A stretch of 64,000 bases of DNA from Eledone cirrhosa (GCA_964016885.1 OZ024741.1:46438001-46502000); one strand, 5' to 3'; shown: positions 42,692-57,991, numbered from the stretch's first letter. Numbers and translations: made by a program. The notes: generated from the sequence alone by a model not told the origin.

Positions 42692-42953
42692 AGTTGTGTT
42701 GTTCTTAAACAAGACACTTTATTTCATGTTGCTCCAGTTCACTCTGGTGTAGATATGACTTGCAATGTCGCCGGTGCCAAGCTGTATTTGCCTTTCTCTT
42801 GGACAACATCGGTGGCGTGGAGAGAGGAGACTAGTATGCATGGGCGACTACTGGTCTTCCACAAACAATCTTGCCCGGATTTGTGCCTTGGAGGGGAACT
42901 TTCTAGGTGCAAAACCATGGTCATTGATGACCAAAGGGGGTCTTTGCCCTTTA

Positions 42954-42955
<2 letters not shown>
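42692..42955 (+). mobile_element. Family B SINE, 5' truncated
   Basis: Homologous to 29108-29370. Confidence 0.7.
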
Positions 42956-43047
<92 letters not shown>

Positions 43048-43184
43048 CGGGAGGGATTCCACGCCGTTTCTGTTTACCAAATTCTACTTACAATGCATTG
43101 GTCGACTCGATGCTATAGTAGAATAAACTTGCTCAACGTAGCACACTGTAAGGCTGTACCTGAAGCTATGGGATAGCTGGATTG

Positions 43185-43402
43185 GGTTGTGTGTTGTGTT
43201 CTTGATCAAAACACTTCATTTCACGTTGGTCCGATATACTCAGCTGAAAATAATGAGTAACAACAATAATTGGGGGTTTAACTCTGCGATGAACTAGTGT
43301 CCTGTTCATTGTAGTGTATTTTACTCTCAGTCACTTCACACCACGGGAACCGGGATAAGCACAGGCCTGATGAGCCTTCGGGCTCGAGATAGACATTCAT
43401 TT
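43185..43402 (+). mobile_element. SINE sharing the family B body but with a different 3' tail
   Basis: GTGTTGTGTTCTTGATCAAAACACTT... and a 3' stem-loop GAGCC TTCG GGCTC. Confidence 0.5.
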
Positions 43403-43996
43403 TAAACGGTATTGGTCAAACATAGTTTCTCTGTTTCTATATTGTTATCTCTAACACATTCAGTTTCTGCTATCCTTATAATACGACTATGTGTCACACA
43501 ACCTCATTACAATCAGTTGTAATAAATTTGGCCTCCTTCAACCTAAAATAAGAAATCGTTCGAACCTCTCAATACGAAATATTTTCTAATAATTCATAAA
43601 CAAATCAAGATATAATTTAGTAGACTCAAAAATGATTTACAATGTTTACTCTATTGATTAATATTATTATATTGTGTAAAATGTGATTAATAAAAAGCGC
43701 TTCAGCAGCGTGAGGAAAGTTATTAGGTGTAGTAGTAGGGAAGGAAACTCATCTATTTCATTTCTTTTCAACGTTGTCGTATAAGAAAACTAGATTTTCT
43801 TCTACTCCACATATATATTCTCAATAATAGACTTATCGGCTGCCATTTTAAATTTCTTCTCATATGAGCGAGAACAATGGCGTGTCTTACAAGCATTATA
43901 TACTAGCTGGCGAAAAACTCATCGTAGACTTTCCAAGATTACAAATAATTCATTTTCTTGCCCGTCCATCCTCTCTCTCTCTCTCTTTCTCCCTCT

Positions 43997-44080
<84 letters not shown>

Positions 44081-44584
44081 ATCTATCTATCTCTTTATCG
44101 GTCTCTCTCTCTCATTCTATCTATCTATTCCCCTCTCTCTCTTTCTCTCTATCTAGCTATCTAACCCCAGGCATCATTCTCTCCCTCCATGTTTTTAAAT
44201 ATGTAATGTATATTTAAATGTGCACTCACTCACTTATATATTCGTTTATTCTGTCATTGGTTTCAGTCATTAGACTGAGATGATGCTGGGGCATGACCTT
44301 ATTTTATTGACCACATTTACAAATAAGGAAAGTCAAACGTGTGCAAAAAGAGGCAATCGAGCCAAGACGAATCAAATTACCACTAGGTGTTTTCGTTAAA
44401 CGCTCGCCCACATTGGTACATGTATGTGTATTTGTTTGTGTGAGTCTATACACAGAAAAGTGCACAATACACAGAAAAGTGTACAAAAGTAGATTATAGC
44501 CATATTTTTTATCGATAGCACAAATACATAATGTGATTAAGAATTGGAATGTATATAAACGCATATACTATATGTTTATGTATA

Positions 44585-44780
44585 ATTATTTCTGATTTAG
44601 GCACAAGGCCAACAATTTTGGGGGAGAGGAAAGTCCATGAAATTAACTTTATATTATCGACCTCGTAAGGATGAAGGGATCTAACCTCGGGATTTGAACT
44701 CAGAGCGTAAAGGGCCGTAATTTTATGCTGAAAAGCATATTGCCCGACGCTCTACCGATTCTGCCAATCTACTTCCCTTA
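44585..44780 (-). mobile_element. Family A SINE
   Basis: Homologous to 6412-6600. Confidence 0.7.
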
Positions 44781-46574
44781 ATGTTCATGCATAATAAACA
44801 TGCTTTTAGTCACGCTGAGAGTATTTTGTACTGTAATCATATAGCAACTACCTCAACATCGGTTTAAGAGCAGTGGATACATGCATTTCCTTTCTGTGTC
44901 AGCCTACCTGAGGTAGAGTTATATCAGTTACTAGGTTGCAAAGAGTGCGACGAAAATTTTGAAACTGCGAAATATATGAAAATTAATATAACAGTTTGTG
45001 AGTGGGTGTGCGCCCGCGTGCTTTTATTCTTTTATTTTAGTGGCTAAAATGACTCACTTTGGTTACAAGACTCGGTCTCAGAGCAAGTCGTGATCTAAAT
45101 CCTATATATATAAATATCCATTTTAAAATACATTTTCTTTTTTTTTTATATATGCATAAAATATACCATGCCAAAAAAAACTATATACGGGGAAATATAA
45201 ACATGAAAGTTAGTCCCAACACTAGTAAATCTGACGAAAGACATAAACAAAAACTTAACAAAATCTAGCCCTCAACGTACCTACAGAACGTTGGTCAACA
45301 ACAGCTGAACCATGCTTACACTATAAATATTTAAATACGCGTAAGCGAAGATGGGCCGAAGTCAACGTTCCCTTTCATCCATTCGAGGTCGATAAAAAAG
45401 TACCAATCTAGAACTGGGGTCGATTCTTCCTCTATATCTCTTTCTCACTTCCACCCTCTCACTCTCTATCCTTCTCTGGAAGAAATCTGCTGTTCAGACC
45501 TGGAGAGGAGATGGGCTCCACCAGGATTTAAAATGTCTCAGAAACACAGTATATTAATACGGCGCCCTTACGACTCCTTCAGGAGTTACAGGATTAAAAG
45601 AAGAAAAGAGGGTGAAAATGAGAGTAATCCAAGAGTATAAAGTTGGGACGCTGTGTATGTTGAATGTGGTTATAGTTTAATGGTGGAATGTGGTCATAGT
45701 TTAATGGTGGAAATCGTTAAAAGAAATGTTAATATCGATGGAATATCTTCCCACGGAATAACGTAAGACCTTTATAAAGCAAAACTAATGATATATATGA
45801 CAACGAATCCCTTCTAGTCATGCTGGAAATTGGTGTAAACATCAATATGACCAGGACACATCAACTATTCTATGCAATATTTTTATAATACGTAACTGCT
45901 TCTCCAATACGTCTGACATAAGAACCCAAGTAAGTATACAAAGGTAGTTAGAAAATACAGCTTAAGTAATTATATAGAAAAAAGACAGAAAACAGAGAAT
46001 CAACTAAGTAAATATACAGAGAAAGATGGAAAATAGGAGTAAATAACCCTTAATCCTTAAGATCAACAATGAAAGGATAAGAATAAAATAAAGGAGAGAT
46101 AAATATTGTTGAAAGAGACCGCCTGCAGCTAAAGTTCCTCGATAAGTCTGAAAGGTATCGTCATTATAAAAATCGACAATGCATCTCTGAACAACACAAA
46201 TATTTCCATTCTAATGAAGCGCTAATATCAAAAGAAATATATATGATTTAGGTAAAGACTACGAACAGCCAATGGGCTGCCACAAATGAGACTATAGAAT
46301 AACAATAAGAGCAACAACAGAGCAATTCTGGGAAGAAATATCAGGACAATCCTAGAAATGAAAAATAAACCTAGTAGTAGTTTACAGTATATGACAAGCC
46401 CATAAATAACCCCAAAATAAGAAAATATAAAAACAAAACTCGTACTAAAAACTATGTAAGAGTTATCTTTACCTACAATGTACTAGAAAGATCTACTGAA
46501 AGAATAAGAAACTTGAATATCTCACCAAGGAAAACGACATATCAAACAACAAAAATGACGAAATAACATTACAG

Positions 46575-46664
46575 TAACATCACCATCACCATCATCATCA
46601 TCACCATCATCATTATCAATATCATCAACATCTTCACCTCCACCATCATCATCACTATCATCAC

Positions 46665-46726
<62 letters not shown>

Positions 46727-46743
46727 CCATCAGCATCATCATC
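46575..46743. repeat. (CAT)n trinucleotide microsatellite
   Basis: Direct reading. Source of the spurious poly-D and poly-M ORFs. Confidence 0.95.
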
Positions 46744-47129
46744 TGCGACAACGATACCTATATCGCAGGCCATCCTCGAATCAAATGTGTTCTCTGTATT
46801 TTCTCTATTAGTGTATGCTGTAATTCCTTTATTGATTAACTAATTATGCAATCCGAACCTGGTGATGCCATCAGGATCTTACGTAACCAGGCCATTGAAA
46901 TTTTTTTTGCAACAAGAAAACTTTAAAGGAACATCACCAGTCCAGCCTCCTGTTGTTTAATCAAACCAATATTTAACTCCATTCCTGCACCAACCATAGG
47001 ATTCAACGTCAACGTTGGGTAGATGGATGGATGGATGTTTGTATAAAGCATGTATGTATTTATGTATTCATGTATATACATAAACATCAAATTGTGTCTA
47101 TATGTTTATACGAAAGTATATATGTACTG

Positions 47130-47655
47130 TGTCAAGTCACTCTTGAGTGCTACTGGTAACATGTAACCCAGTACAACCTATTTCATGGTCGTGTCGTCGG
47201 CGACTAAACCGGCAACCCCACCAAGCTTGCTTGGCGAGGAGGGTGATATTTGGACACCATGCCGCATGAAATACAAGACCCTGCAAAGGGCGGAGGAACT
47301 CAGCAGAGTCAACGGGCATCCAAAGAATACTTTTTTTTCACCTGGGAGTGAAAGGCCCCCAGTTGTTGTCACAACACCTTTCTAGGAGAGGGAAACTCTG
47401 AAAAAAAAAAGCTGCGGCTTCGGAAGTATCCGATGATGTTGACCAGTTCTCTTTTCCGGGTAGTGTTTTCGATGCTCAGAGAGTGGGACTGGTCGAGTGC
47501 AAGGCCTTGACACACTTAAAAAACCTTCAAAACACAGCGATTGCTTGTTCAGGATCTGTTACAGTTTCCTGAGGCTGGCCGTAGCCTAAAAATGCACCAA
47601 ACTCTATAATCTGACAAGCAATTGCAATACTCTTAGCAGAGTTTGCATTCATCAT
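47130..47655 (+). mobile_element. Diverged relative of family N
   Basis: Conserved GCTACTGGTAACATGT..CCAGTACAACC, GGCGACTAAAC and CTAGGAGAGGGAAACTCTG, with a (TATG)n tail. Confidence 0.7.
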
Positions 47656-47939
47656 GTATGTATGTATGAATGTGTGTGTGTATGTATGTATGTATGTATG
47701 TGGTGATGGTGGTGGTCATGGAGGTGACAGTTGATGTTGTTTGGCTTTTTTTTATCGTTTGATGTCGCAGATGTTGTAGATGTTGGTATTGTTCCTCTTG
47801 ATGTTGTTTTAGATATTGCTGTTGGTATTCATTCTGATGCTGTTGTTGCTATAGACATTGGTGCCGGTGTTGTTGTTGTTGTTATGGATTTTGTAGATGG
47901 GGTTGAAATTTGGTCGTTTTGACTGAGTGATATATATAT

Positions 47940-48018
<79 letters not shown>

Positions 48019-48021
<3 letters not shown>

Positions 48022-48200
48022 CAAAGGAATTGTGGTAAGGAACCAGATGGACCATAACGCACCAGAGTACTCAATACTTCGGCTAGTAGAGTGGGAAATA
48101 GGAAAAAGTATGACCCCGACGGCAGAGCTCAAGCCGTTTCGACGGCTATTCCTGGACTAGCCCCGACGGCTTGAGCTCTGCCGTCGGGGTCATACTTTTT

Positions 48201-48204
<4 letters not shown>
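48019..48204. mobile_element. Short fold-back copy of the 41422-42373 family
   Basis: Arms 48097-48138 / 48165-48204 between (TA)n tracts. Confidence 0.7.
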
Positions 48205-48292
<88 letters not shown>

Positions 48293-48697
48293 TATCCAAC
48301 ACACAGTAGGGAGCACGGTAGGAGGTCAGTGACTTTATTATTATTGTCGTTATTGTTGTTATGTTGTTTTTTTTCGTGCAATTGCCATACTCGATAACGA
48401 GGGGGCAGCCATCATGTATATATGTATGTATGTATGCATATATGTATGAATGCATGCATATATGTATGTATGCTTATATGTATGAATTTATGTACCTATG
48501 TATGTACATGTGAGTGCATATGTGTATTTTTTTCACATATGTATGAAAGTATCTCTGTCTAAATGTGAAAGTAAGTCTGTATGTCTGTACCACACATGTG
48601 TTTGAAAGTATATACGTGTATGTGCGCGCGCGCGCGTGTGTGTGTGTGTGAAAGAATGATTATGTATTTGTGTATGAAAGTATGTATGTATATATAT

Positions 48698-49292
48698 GGT
48701 CACCAGTTGGTGCTACTGGTAACATGTATCCCAGTACAACCTGTCTCATGGTCGGGTCGTTGGCGACTAAACTGGCAACCCCACCAAGGTTTTTTGGTGA
48801 GGAGGGTAACTTTGGACATCCTGCAGGACTAAAACCAAAACCTGTCAAAGGGCAAAGGAGCTCTTAAGAGTCAATGGCCATCCAAAATCACTGGGAGAGA
48901 TGACCCCTTAGCCTTTGTCAAGGCAGAATTCTAGAAGGAAAACTCTGATATAACACCTGCAACGCCGATGGTATCCAATGATGTTCACTTGTTATTCTTC
49001 TTGGTATATATCATCTTGGTTAAGAGAGTGGGACTGGCTTTGTGCAATGCCTTTGCTCACTATAAAAGCTTCACGGCACAGGCATTGCTTTATATCTGAA
49101 GATCTCTCTGCACTTGTCGTTTCATGGGCCCAGCACTGTGTGTCAATAATTGTCACAAGTGTAGTGTTTGTACCAGAGTTTTCAAGTCGCTGGCTGGACT
49201 AAAAAGTCACACTCGTTCAGCGAATCGGTAGGGGCTCTCCTACATGGATATAAAGTAGTGGCCGTACTTGAAAACGAGTTGGCAGCCACCAT
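48698..49292 (+). mobile_element. Family N copy, near full length
   Basis: Near-identical to 25914-26523. Confidence 0.85.
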
Positions 49293-49931
49293 ATATATAA
49301 GAATATGTGTATGTATGTATATAAATGTTAGCCTATTTCTTCGTTTTTTTAGTGTGTATACATGTATGTATATAAAAATACGTGTATGTATGTAACTTTT
49401 AGCCTATTTATTCGTTGCTTGTATGTGTATACATGTATGTATATAAGAATATATCTATGTATGTATGCATGTATGTATATTTGTATGTATGTATGTAAAT
49501 TTTAGCCTATTTCTCGTTTCTTGAGTGTGTATATATGTGTGTGTACATGTGTGTACACATGTGTGTTTACATGTGTGTATACATGTATGTTATGTATACA
49601 TGTGTGCATCTGTTTGTTCTGTGTAGTTTTACAGCCATTAATATCTTGTGGGTATGAAATATATCAAACGTTTTCATGGGTTACATTGAATGATGCCAAA
49701 CCATCCTTTTTCTGCTTCCCCTTCAATGAATCAATTTAATGTGTAACACACGCTCGCACATACAAACATGCACACACACACACAAAATAAACACACACGC
49801 GCACATACGCGTATATATATAAAGACACACATGTACATATGCGTATATATATATACATAATATACATATGAATGTATGTATGTTTGTATATATATATATA
49901 TATATATATAAGTACATAAATAATTCTCTCT

Positions 49932-49969
<38 letters not shown>

Positions 49970-49996
49970 CATTTATTTACATTACATAGATATATG

Positions 49997-50158
<162 letters not shown>

Positions 50159-50183
50159 TGTAATAAACAACATAAGGCAATTA

Positions 50184-50244
50184 TTTCATTTACCAGTGGT
50201 TTCTTAAAAGCAAAAAAATGTTGCTTTCAATCATCAGAATGAAA
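50184..50244 (-). ncRNA. Type-I hammerhead ribozyme (left arm of fold-back 50153-50345)
   Basis: Reverse complement of 50253-50313 with changes only in distal stem/loop II. Confidence 0.8.
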
Positions 50245-50252
50245 AAATCCTG

Positions 50253-50313
50253 TTTCATTCTGATGATTGAAAGCAAAATTCTTTTGCTTTTAAGAAACCA
50301 CTGGTAAATGAAA
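50253..50313 (+). ncRNA. Type-I hammerhead ribozyme
   Basis: TTTCATT-CTGATGA-TTGAAAGCAAAA ttc TTTTGCTTTTAA-GAAA-CC act GG-TA-AATGAAA. All three stems and a canonical core are present. Confidence 0.88.
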
Positions 50314-50403
50314 TAATTGCCTTATGTTTTTTATTACATAACTATTAAGCTCTGTTACCTACATAGAGCACTCTTTTTTCCTGGACTTTTCCGACGGAAT
50401 TAC

Positions 50404-50443
<40 letters not shown>

Positions 50444-50448
<5 letters not shown>

Positions 50449-51311
50449 ACTAGAAATAGATTTACATATATATATATATATAAAATAAATACATGGAACA
50501 ATCACAGGGAATAATTTGTAAAGAATGTAACCAAACATAGCTAGGTAGGTAACTAATTAAAGTTTGACTAGTACCTTTTAAAATGATTAATCTCCTTTGT
50601 ATATATTTCTTTAAGTAAGAAATATATTTCACCTATTAATCCGTAAATCACAGCAGTTAAATTCTTGGATGTTCACCAAATGCAAATCTGTGAATGATTC
50701 GAACCACGTGTTGCACTTTTTTAAAAATACACTCGTTGAACAACGTCATCCCAGTGGCGTAAAGAGGACCATCGACAGCCAGAAATAGCAGCCAAGCGTA
50801 TTCAACTGAATTAGCTCAACAATCAAGGGGCCATATATATCCAAAATTAAAATTAAGGGTTGTCATGTCTGGGAGACATGCGCCATATCCACCGTAGAAT
50901 AAGCTCAAAGATTAGATCCGAGCATTACATATCAACTAGAAATAGATTGACATATATATATATAAAATAAATACATTCTTCTCCTTTGGTGAACATCCAA
51001 GAATTTAACTGCTGTGATTTACGGATTAATAGGTGAAATATATTTCTTACTTAAAGAAATATATACAAAGGAGATTAATCATTTTAAAAGGTATGTATAT
51101 TTGAAGTTCTAGTCAAACTTTAATTAGTTACCTACCTATGTGTGCTTACATTCTTTACAAATTATTCCCTGTGATTGTTTCATGTATTTATTTTATATAT
51201 ATGTCAATCTATTTCTAGTTGATATGTAATGCTCGGATCTAATCTTTGAGCTTATTCTACGGTGGATATGGTGCATGTCTCTCAGACATGACAACCCTTA
51301 ATTTTAATTTT

Positions 51312-51315
<4 letters not shown>
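50444..51315. mobile_element. Partial-tandem plus inverted repeat element in (TA)n
   Basis: 50444-50680 and 50835-50975 are mirrored by 50985-51315. Direct repeat ATATCAACTAGAAATAGATT at 50444 and 50929. Confidence 0.6.
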
Positions 51316-51365
<50 letters not shown>

Positions 51366-51801
51366 AAACGTAAAATCAGTGATACATCTGAACTCAATTT
51401 ATTGTATGTTACAATTGTTTCGCCGGCGGACATCTCGAGACACGATCATTGTGTGGATCTGTTTGATTCTGGATCTGCAGGTTCGACGGACACGTCTAAT
51501 GATTTCGGTGCAAATTCTCTCACTGGGGTGTTAGCGTCAAAAACATCCTCTTCGCGCGTCCTGTTATTGGCTGCTGTTTTTCTACGTCATCGTAAATCTG
51601 ACCAACAGATGTCATTCGACTGACCATGATCAGCTGCCGCGTTTCTGCCACACTTCGATGAATTACTACTGGGTATAGTAGTTCACACATCCAAGCGCCC
51701 ACTCACATACATATACACTCACACGCACACACGGTTTTTATGCCGTGTGAATAACTATTAAAATTGGTAGTCCTCTACGAAACATGTGTGTGTGTGTGTG
51801 T

Positions 51802-51881
<80 letters not shown>

Positions 51882-51945
51882 TATACAAAATTCACATGCT
51901 TATATGTATAGTTATGTCGTCGGAGCGAAAACTTTAATATATATA

Positions 51946-51981
<36 letters not shown>

Positions 51982-52464
51982 CAGGTATATACTAGATAGC
52001 AGAAAACAGATATTTTCACAATTAAAGGCCAAGTTGAAACGGAGAGACAGAAAGAGGAAGAGCGGAATAAAAAAAATAGATGAGATGTATAGGTTTAAAC
52101 AAACAATATTTCTTTTATATTATTATTTTTGTTAGAATGCACAATGGTAGTTTTAGGTAGGTAAATTTTCTGTTTAAAAGTAAACATTATATGTTACTAG
52201 GAGCTTCAAAGAACAAGAGTTAAAAGTGGGTTACTGTAGAGAGAGGGAATGGGGTAAGGGTTTTAGCTGAACATGGGGGCTGGCTGCAGCAAGAGAATGG
52301 TTACTACAGTAACATATACAACATTTATATATGTGATGTTTTCCTGTGTATATATTGTGTATATATTGTGTATATATTCCTATGATTGTAATTCAGTGAA
52401 GTATATCTTATGAACAGTCATGAATATATATATACAATATATATGTGTGTGTGTGTGTGTATAC

Positions 52465-52556
<92 letters not shown>

Positions 52557-52629
52557 GTACAAATACATACATACATACATACATACATACATACATACAT
52601 ACATACATACATACATACATACATACATA

Positions 52630-53017
52630 CATGATGATGGCTTCCCCCTAATTATCGAGTATGACCATTGTACGATATACCATTATTAATAATTATCAAT
52701 TAATTCTATCGTGCAATGCCTGTGCGTGAAGATATTTTTTAAAATGAGGAAAGACTGTGCACTGAGCCAATCCCACTCTCTGAGCGACAGTAGCTATAAC
52801 CCGAAAAGAAGAAAAGATCAACATCATCGGTAACTACTGAGTCGCAGGTTTTATATCGGAGTTTTTCCAGTTTCCTGAGTTGCCTTCTCCTGGAAGAATG
52901 CCCTGACAAAGGCTAGGGGTCCTTCACTCCCAGTCGCTTAACCGTGCGGTACATGTGTATATACATATTTACACACTTTTGGATGATCCCTGACACTTAT
53001 GAGTTCTTTCGCCCTTA
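52630..53017 (-). mobile_element. Diverged relative of family N
   Basis: Shares CCCACTCTC, CAACATCAT and GACAAAGGCTAGGGGTC. (CATA)n flanks. Confidence 0.6.
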
Positions 53018-53025
53018 CATACATA

Positions 53026-53633
53026 CATGGTGGCTGCCAACTCGTTTTCGAGTACGGCCACTATTTTATATCCATGTAGGAGAACCCCTACCGATGCACT
53101 GAACGAGTGTGATTTTTAGTCCAGCCAGCGACTTGAAAACTCTGGTACAAACACTACACTTGTGACAATTATTGACACATAGTGCCGGGCCCATGGTACC
53201 ATCTCACGACAAGTGCAGAAAGATCTCCAGATACAAAGCAATGCCTGTGCCGTGAAGCTTTTATAGTGAGCAAAGGCACTGCAAAAGCCAGTCCCACTCT
53301 CTTAACCAAGATGATATTTACCAAAAAGAAGAACAAGTCAACATCATTGGATACCATCGGCGTTGCAGGTGTTATATCAGAGTTTTCCTTCTCCTAGAAT
53401 TCTGCCTTGACAAAGGCTAAGGGGTCATCTTTCCCGGTGATTTTGGATGGCCATTGACTCTTAAGAGCTCCTTTGCCCTTTGACAGGTTTTGTTTTTAGT
53501 CCTGCAGGATGACCAAAGTCACCCTCCTCACCAAGAAACCTTGGTGGGGTTGCCAGTTTAGTCGCCAACGACCCGACCATGAGACAGATTGTATTGAGAT
53601 ACATGTTACCAGTAGCACCAACTGGTGACCTGA
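53026..53633 (-). mobile_element. Family N copy, full length
   Basis: Reverse complement of 25914-26523 with (CATA)n on both sides. Confidence 0.85.
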
Positions 53634-53744
53634 CATACATACATACATACATACATACATACATACATACATACATACATACATACATACATACATACAT
53701 ACATACATACATACATACATACATACATAAGGCAGATACATACA

Positions 53745-56700
53745 TAAAATGGCGACCGTTGTGGTCAGTGTCCGATAATCGGACGTGTGTAATTACGGCT
53801 TACATGAAGGCAACATACGATATATTGGAAGAAGTTGAGCTACATTACGCGGTAAGATTACATACAATAATTCTACATAAGTGTTTGAACTGTAAGTGTG
53901 TTGTAAAAACCTATTTATATGAACGATACATACACTTATGATATATGAACGATACATACACTTTAACATATAAATGCAACGTTGTTATATTACATTTATA
54001 AAGAAATATACAAGTAACGTTTTCGATTCAGAAACAAAAATATAAGTGTTTTAACTGTGAATATGTTGTGAATAGGTTGTAGAACACCTATTTATATGAA
54101 TGATACATAAACTTTAACATATAAATACAGCGTTGTTATATTATATTACATTCATAAAGGAATATACTAAGTAACGGTTCTTTTTGTTCTCGATTCAAAC
54201 GATTCAAGAGCAACGTTTAAAACACAGTTGTAGAATTAAAAACTAACTGAAAAGAAATATTACTCAAGCTGTGAATAACTTTAAATTTGATTCTGACAGA
54301 ACTTTGTCGTAACTTTTAAAGAAGATCATCGACTATTTTGAAAAATAAATACGAAATATTAGTGAATAGACGAACTCATCATGGCAAAAAGTACAAGTCT
54401 CCTTCGACCAAATCGCAATTACAACCGTTGTACACAGTGGAGCTACGAGCTTAACAAAGTATTGTATGAAGCATACAAACAATCTGAACCCCAAAAGTTC
54501 GGTTTTATGCAAAGGCTAAAAACTTTATGGAACTCCAAACACCCAGAATTAGACTTTTCTCCAAAGCATTTAAACGAACAGGCAAAACGTATCATTAGAT
54601 GTAAATAGATACATCTAACGGAATCGAGTGATACTACAAATACAGCCCTTGTAGACAACCACCCCACCTCCACTGACAGACAAAGAGAATGGCCAGCTAA
54701 ATCTAACAGTGAACAGCTCACCAACAATTTTGCTGAAATCCATCCCACTTCCACTGAAGAACAGCGAGAAAGGTCAGCTGACTCTAGTAGTAATTGTGAC
54801 CACATCAACAACGAGACTGAAATTCATGAGTCTACTGAACAAACAGAGCACCGAAAAACTTGTGGGCACGCTACATGTGATATGGAACGATATGTTTCAA
54901 AAGATACACAGCCTTAATGTGAGTGACAGACCATACAACACTAGAGTCAGTAAAGAACCCACTAAATTGGAATTGGAAGCGGTGAACGAAATAGCTGGCA
55001 ATTATCTGAAGGCTATACGATCTAAAGGTGTAGAAACGACATTTGAAACGCTTAATGTATTGTTATATGTTTCAGCTGTCACATTGCTATCATATAACAC
55101 ACATCTAAAACCACGCAATCAAGATACAAACAGAAAGCCTGAACCAGCGTGGATGCGAAATTTAAAAACCAAAATTTTGTCCCTGAGACGAAGTATCTCA
55201 CACATCGCAGTCGTTATGAAATGCAACATAGAGAGCAACTTCACACAACACCAGGAAGACCTAAAGAAAAAGTTAGAGAGAAGATTTGGAGATACAAAAT
55301 TTAAAACTTTGAACTCCAAATTACACCAGTTGAAACAACAACTCACAGCTACAACAGAAAGACTAAAATATAAGTCAACAGCACATAAATGACAAGTGCT
55401 AAATAGATTGTTTGCCAGAGATCCTAAATCAGTTTATCGCAGCTTCGGTGGCAAAAGCTCAATCTCTGTAAATGACACCCCTTCAAAAGAACAGGTTGAG
55501 AGCTACTGGAGATCTGTATGGGAAACGGATGACGGATTCAACAGACAAGCTAATTGGCTAAAAGAACTGGAACAGGACTACTGCCAACATGTCCAGACAA
55601 AACAATATGACATAGATGGGTCAATACTGGAAACAGCTCTACAGAAAATGTCGAATAGGAAATCGCCAGGCCCAGACCTCATTACAGGATACTGGTTGAA
55701 GAATTTCACTTTCTATCGGCAAGATCTCATACGGCTGTTTACAGAAACCATTAAGGGCACACAAGAACTGCCCAGGTGGTTATCAACTGCCTCTACTCTC
55801 CTCATTCCCAAAAATAGCCAAACCACCCTTGCTAAAAATTACCGCCCAATTGCCTGCCAAAACATCATGTATAAATTATATACTGGGTGCCTTAACCTGT
55901 TCTTACAGGATCACTGTGCTACCAACAACATCATAACACCTGAGCAAGCTGGTGGAAAGAGGGAGGTGTGGGGTTGCATAGATCACCTACTAACTAACAA
56001 AATGATTCAGGAAAAAACAACAAAGAATCGCAGAAACATGACTGTCGTGTGGCTGGACTATCAAAAAGCATTTGATAGTGTACCTCATGGGTGGATTGTT
56101 AAGGCTTTACAGTTAGCTAAAGTCGCACAACCATTGGTAGCTGCTGTTGAACGCCTGACCAAGGACTGGTACACCAGTTTGATCCTTAGAGGTGAGAAGG
56201 AGCAGGTTAAGACTGATAAGATACATTACCAGAAGGGCATCTTTCAGGGTGATAGCTTGTCAGTGCTACTCTTCGTTCTCTCACTGAATCCACTATCTTA
56301 CCTACTCAGGAAACAAGGTCGACAAAGAAGTGGGACCAGAAGTATCTCCCATCTTTTCTTTGTTGATGACCTGAAGTTGTATGGGCCAAATATCAATGAC
56401 ATCAAGAAACAATTGGACCTCATTACACAATTTTCAACCGACATCAAAATGAAATTTGGTGAGTCCAAGTGTGCATATTTGGCAGTAAAACGTGGAAGAG
56501 CTGTGCCCTCCTCTAGAAATCTAGAGATGAACGGCCTGACAATACAACCTCTGCAGTCAGGTGACAACTACAGATATCTTGGACAGGATGAGAATGTCAG
56601 ATATGATGGACCCATAAATAAGGAGAGAACCAGAACTGAATACCTCAGAAGAGTAAAGAAAATATGGTCATCAGAACTGTCAGCATACAACAAATACATT

Positions 56701-57975
56701 GCCCACAATACTTATGCTGTGCCAATTCTAACGCCAACATTTGGCCTACTGAATTGGTCATTGCAAGAACTAAGTGAGATGGATGTTAGAACTCGAAAAC
56801 TTCTCAGTGTTACTGGGAACTTTAACATCAATGGTGATGTGGATAGGCTATACTTCTCACGCAAGGAAGGTGGCCGGGGTCTAAAATCAATATTAACAAC
56901 ATATGAGACCCGGATAGTGACACTGAAGCAACACCTTCAACAGAGGAAAAAGGTTGGCAACCATCTTGCCCAGGTTTATGACCATGAAAAAAGAAATATC
57001 ATTAGAATAGCGACTGATCTGGAGGAGAGATATGGAATAAAGCCTGATATAAATCTCTCACCCAGAGAAATCGGAAGATCCTATTCAATGTTCAAACAAG
57101 ATAAAAAAATTGACCAACTTTCAGAAAAAGTTGTGCATGGATACTTGAGGCGTAAAACACAGACCATAGAGGGGATAAACCACTCAAAAAGCCTGGCATG
57201 GAGTTCCGACAAGTTTATGACATCACACCTTGAGGGATATCTCTATGCAATACAGGAACAAGAACTCCCTACCAAATATCTGCTGCACAAAAGAGGAGGG
57301 CCAGCAGCTGACAATAAATGTAGGCTATGTAAAACAAAGATCGAGGATGTAAGCCACATTGTTGCCAGCTGCGAAAGAATGTCATCTCGCTACTACCTCC
57401 CCATGAGACACGATGGGATAGCTAGAACCATCTGGAACGCACTTCGGAAAACAAAATTAACAACAAACGAGGAAGAATATATTGAGACAGATGGCACTAA
57501 GGAATACTGGTGGAACCTGAAAATAAAAACTGCCACCAAATTAAAGCACAACCGGCCTGATATTGTAGTTTGGGACCACACATTGAAAACGTGTTCTGTT
57601 GTGGAGATCAGCTGCCCAAATGATGTAAACGTTGTCAGAAAAATACAGGAGAAGGAGGACATCTACGGACCATTGATGAGGAGTTTACAAATCCAGTATC
57701 CAAGATACACCTTTAGCTTCATACCCATCATTATTGGTGCTACGGGTTATATACCAACCCGCTTGGACCAAAGTATGACTGAACTTGGATTTGTGGACAA
57801 AAAGCGCAGCTCCCTAATTCATAGTCTACAAATGGCTGCGATAGCTGGCACCTTCAAAATTTGCAAAACATTCTTGCGATTCAAGGGATGACAATTTCTT
57901 TTCTTTTACAACCTTGCCACCAGGAAGGTGGCCGGTCAAAAAAATATACTTGAAATTAAGAGAAAGAGAAAACAA
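53745..57975 (+). mobile_element. R4/Dong-like RLE non-LTR retrotransposon within a (CATA)n array
   Basis: Single long disrupted ORF with RT, CCHC and PD-(D/E)xK-type nuclease. (CATA)n at both ends. The 5' boundary is approximate. Confidence 0.85.
54381..57891 (+). pseudogene. R4-clade RT-RLE polyprotein, disrupted N-terminus and intact 831-aa C-terminal frame
   Basis: KSPGPD, YRPIAC, WLDYQKAFDSVPH, GIFQGDSLS, FVDDLKLY, CRLC..EDVSHIVASC, RHD, RPDIV..VVEISCP..KEDIY. Stops at 54606 and 55390, with a frameshift between them. Confidence 0.9.
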
Positions 57976-57991
57976 CATACATACATACATA

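Noticed and set aside
43360-43395. CTGATGAGCCTTCGGGCTCGAGA as a hammerhead
   Set aside because: There is no correctly placed GAAA, stem III or stem I. It is better explained as a SINE 3' stem-loop.
46522-46773. Acidic poly-Asp protein exon
   Set aside because: It is a (CAT)n microsatellite with no supporting splice or codon evidence.
54606-55392. Programmed readthrough or selenocysteine at the R4-like stops
   Set aside because: One stop is TAG, the TGA fits CGA>TGA decay, and a frameshift also intervenes, so ordinary pseudogenisation is simpler.
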